This document shows, in pieces, positions 38,873 through 41,757 of a stretch of 41,757 nt of DNA. Position numbers and translations under genes: made by a program. This stretch comes from Aulosira sp. ZfuVER01 (GTDB lineage Bacteria; Cyanobacteriota; Cyanobacteriia; Cyanobacteriales; Nostocaceae), in assembly GCA_034530615.2 (NCBI GenBank), contig JAVRCV020000018.1:1-41757 (forward strand), given 5' to 3'. Positions within the stretch are counted from its first letter, which is position 1; each line of letters begins with the position of its first letter. Below the pieces are notes generated by a model. That model was not told the DNA's origin, made no database searches, and worked only from the letters and a program-made list of their open reading frames with translations.

Positions 38873-38906
38873 CAAGATTTTGCTCTAAATCGCAAGAAAA
38901 TGGAAG
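38872..38906 (+). promoter_or_regulatory. Putative AraC operator (GCAAGA direct repeat)
   Basis: GCAAGATTTT at 38872 and GCAAGAAAAT at 38892, 20 nt apart, right at the araC stop codon. Confidence 0.5.
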
Positions 38907-39435
38907 AATTTATTTTAGCAGTTGGTTAGAGTGCAATCAACTGAGGATGCGATCAGTCGTTCCCTCAGATTTGTATAGTGCTAGCAACTCTTCTTTCGTG
39001 AGTAGCTTCTGGCAGTGTTGCGGCAATTCTGGCCCCCGACTCCTGTTTGAAGGAGATCTGGCGGCGGTTTAGAGGGCGATCGGGTTTCTATTTGGGAAGA
39101 CGAAAGGTGGGTTCTTACCCCTCTTGTGTCAGACTGGGAAAACCCAATCGCTGAAAGCATGAGCGGAGCTTTACTTTTCAGCTTTTGGCTACAAATTTTA
39201 GTTTCTATTAGAAAATAAAAGCTCAAAGCTTAATTAGATAAAAGTTCCAGTGTTTCGCTACGATTATTGTTTTCCGGAAGTGACAACACAGGGTTACATA
39301 AGTCTTGCACCCTTTAACTTTCAATCTCCTCTCTCCAACCGCTAGGTGTCCTGTCTTGCGCTCATGGTTGAGGACATAAACCTCCAGCCTAGGCTGACAG
39401 ACAACTAAACATAAAGAAAAGATAGGGATATCACA

Positions 39436-39948
39436 ATGCACAAGCCTTTAAGTACACATACGATACGGTTAAGTGCTGTGCTATCTGCACTCTCAATTTC
39501 GGTTTTTACGAGCGCCACCACTGCTGCACCAGCACCAATCCAACGAATTGCTCATATAGGGTCAATCAACGGAACTCTTTCTTGGCGCAAGGGCGAAATA
39601 TTTGTTCCTTCGGGTACCATAGCTGCCCCTGGTATCAAAAGTCCAACTCTTCAAGACCAAATCAACTTACATGCCTACATCATCAAGGTCATTCCAGGGT
39701 CAGATGGATCTTTCGGTACCGTTCAGCGAACGCAAGTCGGATCTGAGCCGAAATACGGCAGAGCGATCGCATCAGGTGACATTGTTAGCGTTCAATATAC
39801 AGTAACAGCCGTGCCGATCGGCACAGCCATTCAGATTAACACCAAGGACAGCCTTTTCAGCCCTATCGGTGCTGCTAATGTTATCTGCACAGTGGAAGCC
39901 CCAGTTGTTTCCAACTACGACCTTCGCTATCAAGAACCACCGAGATAA
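39436..39948 (+). CDS. Secreted hypothetical protein (putative cassette 1)
   Basis: Signal-like N-terminus LSAVLSALSISVFTSATTA; AGGGA RBS; beta-rich; followed by an attC-like site. Confidence 0.7.
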   Translation: MHKPLSTHTIRLSAVLSALSISVFTSATTAAPAPIQRIAHIGSINGTLSWRKGEIFVPSGTIAAPGIKSPTLQDQINLHAYIIKVIPGSDGSFGTVQRTQVGSEPKYGRAIASGDIVSVQYTVTAVPIGTAIQINTKDSLFSPIGAANVICTVEAPVVSNYDLRYQEPPR

Positions 39949-39996
39949 ACAGACTAGTACGACAGTAGCCCATGAATTTTCCAAGCGGCGACATCA

Positions 39997-40089
39997 GTCT
40001 AACAACGCCCATACACACCGACTGTCGAGAGTTGGTTGGCTACAATGCAAGGGCTATCTATGGTAGGTGGGTGATGAACAACGTTAGCT
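39997..40089 (+). mobile_element. Integron attC-like recombination site (93 bp)
   Basis: R'' GTCTAAC, 5-nt spacer, L'' CCATACAC ... L' GTGATGA, 5-nt spacer, R' GTTAGCT; L''/L' pair with one extrahelical base and one mismatch. Confidence 0.75.
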
Positions 40090-40121
40090 GGCTGTACACA
40101 CCTTAAAGTGAATAGACATCT

Positions 40122-41222
40122 ATGGAACTCGAATCGATCATTCGCAACTTGCGCAAGATAAAAACCTGGATTGTTGCATTTGTGTTACTTGCATCGTTAT
40201 CATTTGGAGTGGTTGTTTTCGCTGCTGATGATGACCAGGACGATGCGACGCTACGTGTCATGACCCAAAATTTATTTATGGGCACAGATTTTCCAGAACT
40301 GATCGCCGCAAAGACATCTGAAGAATTCATCCAAGCTGTCACAACGACTTACAATAATGTTATTGCAACTAAGCCTGCCGAACGAATGGCTGCGATCGCT
40401 CAGGAGATTGCCCAGCGAAAGCCCGATCTCATTGGTTTGCAGGAAGCTGCTATCTTGCGTACTGGTTCTCCGGCTGCAACCAATGTCAAATTCGATATGC
40501 TTCAGATTCTGCTTGGGGAACTCAATAGGCTAAGGCAGCCTTATACCGCTGTTGCTATTCTATTGGGTCTTGATGCTGAAGCCCCTAGTTCAAGCGAAGA
40601 ACTGGGTAATGTTCGCTTTACGGTGCAGGACGTGATTCTTGTCCGAAACAACAGTCTAGCGGGTAAATTTAGACTATCGAACGTTCAAACGTCTCCTTAC
40701 AAAGCACAGCTCACAGTACCGACGGCTATTGGTCCAATTACAAATGTAGCCGGTTGGGCTGCTGTCGATGGGCAAGCTGGTGGTAGGGGATTCCGATTTG
40801 TGACGACCCATTTAGCGATTACTCCCAACTTTGATGCCACTATCGCATTGGCACAGGCACAGGAACTTAGAGATACCGCAGGTAATACAAGCCTGCCCGT
40901 AGTGTTTGTGGGAGATTTTAATTCAGTAGCCAGTGATAGAAATAATCCAACCTTTGCGACCTATAAAAGTTTCCTTGATGCTGGTTTTGCAGAGATCTGG
41001 CTCCAAACACGATCCGTTGATCCAGGTTTCACTTGCTGCCAGTCCCCTAACGTTAGAAATTCTGCATCTTCTTTGAGTCAAAGAATTGATCTTATCTTCG
41101 TCCGGGGGCAGATTAGTGGTATTAACGCGAGTCTTGTTGGGGACAAGCAAAATGAGCGCACACCCTCTGGCTTGTGGCCATCCGATCACGCAGGAGTTAT
41201 AGCGAAATTGAATGGAGTATGA
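40122..41222 (+). CDS. Secreted endonuclease/exonuclease/phosphatase (EEP) family protein (putative cassette 2)
   Basis: VMTQNL, DLIGLQE, VTTHL, VGDFN, RIDLIF, SDHAGV; N-terminal signal/TM segment. Confidence 0.9.
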   Translation: MELESIIRNLRKIKTWIVAFVLLASLSFGVVVFAADDDQDDATLRVMTQNLFMGTDFPELIAAKTSEEFIQAVTTTYNNVIATKPAERMAAIAQEIAQRKPDLIGLQEAAILRTGSPAATNVKFDMLQILLGELNRLRQPYTAVAILLGLDAEAPSSSEELGNVRFTVQDVILVRNNSLAGKFRLSNVQTSPYKAQLTVPTAIGPITNVAGWAAVDGQAGGRGFRFVTTHLAITPNFDATIALAQAQELRDTAGNTSLPVVFVGDFNSVASDRNNPTFATYKSFLDAGFAEIWLQTRSVDPGFTCCQSPNVRNSASSLSQRIDLIFVRGQISGINASLVGDKQNERTPSGLWPSDHAGVIAKLNGV

Positions 41223-41225
41223 AAC

Positions 41226-41319
41226 AAGTGGGCGATAGCAGGTTCCTGATGTCTGAAGAATTGTTGCTAGCTGGCTCCCAATAAATGTTACTTGCCGCCG
41301 CTCACTTTAGCCGTTAGCT
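41226..41319 (+). mobile_element. Second, partly degenerate attC-like site
   Basis: AAGTGGGCG (41226) pairs with CGCTCACTT (41299-41307), 5-nt spacer, then GTTAGCT (41313); no R'' box at the expected position. Confidence 0.55.
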
Positions 41320-41416
41320 GGCTGCAAACATTTGACGGTTGTTCATATCTATGAAAAGTATTTGCGACACAACCACTAAAATTAGTTCCACCAATTTATG
41401 AAAGGAGAAAATAAAG

Positions 41417-41757
41417 ATGAAACGAAGCAAACTGCTATGTTTGGTGGTCTTGGCATTGCTACCAGCTATTTTTTGGATGAATGGAAGCGATAGTAAAGCG
41501 CAAGGAAGAAGCCGCAGTCGATCCAAACTCCCTGGAACCATCTCTAAGCCACAAGAACAATATTATCGACTCCAACTAAAGCATGGTGGTCAATTTTTGG
41601 ATGCCGATCATTGCTCAACAACAATCAGCTTAAATCCTGGTTCTGACTATGAGGGTGGAGCGTGTGAACTGTGGAGACTTGTTCCCAATGGGGATGGATG
41701 GAATCGACTCCAACTAAAGCATGGTGGTCAATTTTTGGATGCCGATCATTGCTCAAC
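41417..41757 (+). CDS. Secreted ricin-B / beta-trefoil lectin-like repeat protein, truncated by the window end (putative cassette 3; not in the ORF track)
   Basis: AAAGGAG upstream; MKRSKLLCLVVLALLPAIFW...YYRLQLKHGGQFLDADHC...GACELWRLVPNGDGWNRLQLKHGGQFLDADHCS; 46-aa repeat. Confidence 0.8.
   Translation, partial: MKRSKLLCLVVLALLPAIFWMNGSDSKAQGRSRSRSKLPGTISKPQEQYYRLQLKHGGQFLDADHCSTTISLNPGSDYEGGACELWRLVPNGDGWNRLQLKHGGQFLDADHCS

Noticed and set aside
39076..39182. c-di-GMP or c-di-AMP riboswitch
   Set aside because: Conserved core motifs of those families could not be matched by eye; kept only as an unassigned structured region
37598..39435. Integron integrase or attI site
   Set aside because: No tyrosine-recombinase ORF is present; the lone GTTAGAG at 38925 is too weak to call attI

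Overview
Chromosomal window from a filamentous, probably heterocyst-forming (Nostocales-like) cyanobacterium. This is inferred from abundant HIP1 GCGATCGC sites, heptamer/nonamer STRR tracts, REP-like hairpins and 21-nt SDR-like inserts. Most of the window is housekeeping and signalling genes: GST, three radical SAM enzymes, a very large PAS/GAF hybrid histidine kinase, a Ser/Thr kinase, DeoR with a divergent transketolase-like gene, an HtrA protease, a CsoR/InrS-like repressor, menH, aroC, rimM, avtA and frmA/fghA. There are also a RelE/Phd toxin-antitoxin pair, an IS4 relic and a stand-alone DXCF cyanobacteriochrome. The most notable region is the right end (about 37.9 kb onward). There an AraC gene is followed by three co-oriented genes for secreted proteins, separated by one well-formed and one partial integron attC-like site. 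This looks like a gene-cassette array with no integrase visible in the window. Other points of interest are a TPR-CHAT protease gene broken by a single in-frame TGA, a 10 x 20-bp non-coding tandem array, a 31-aa membrane microprotein missing from the ORF track, and small repeat elements inserted in frame into coding sequences. All calls come from reading the sequence; no database search was run.
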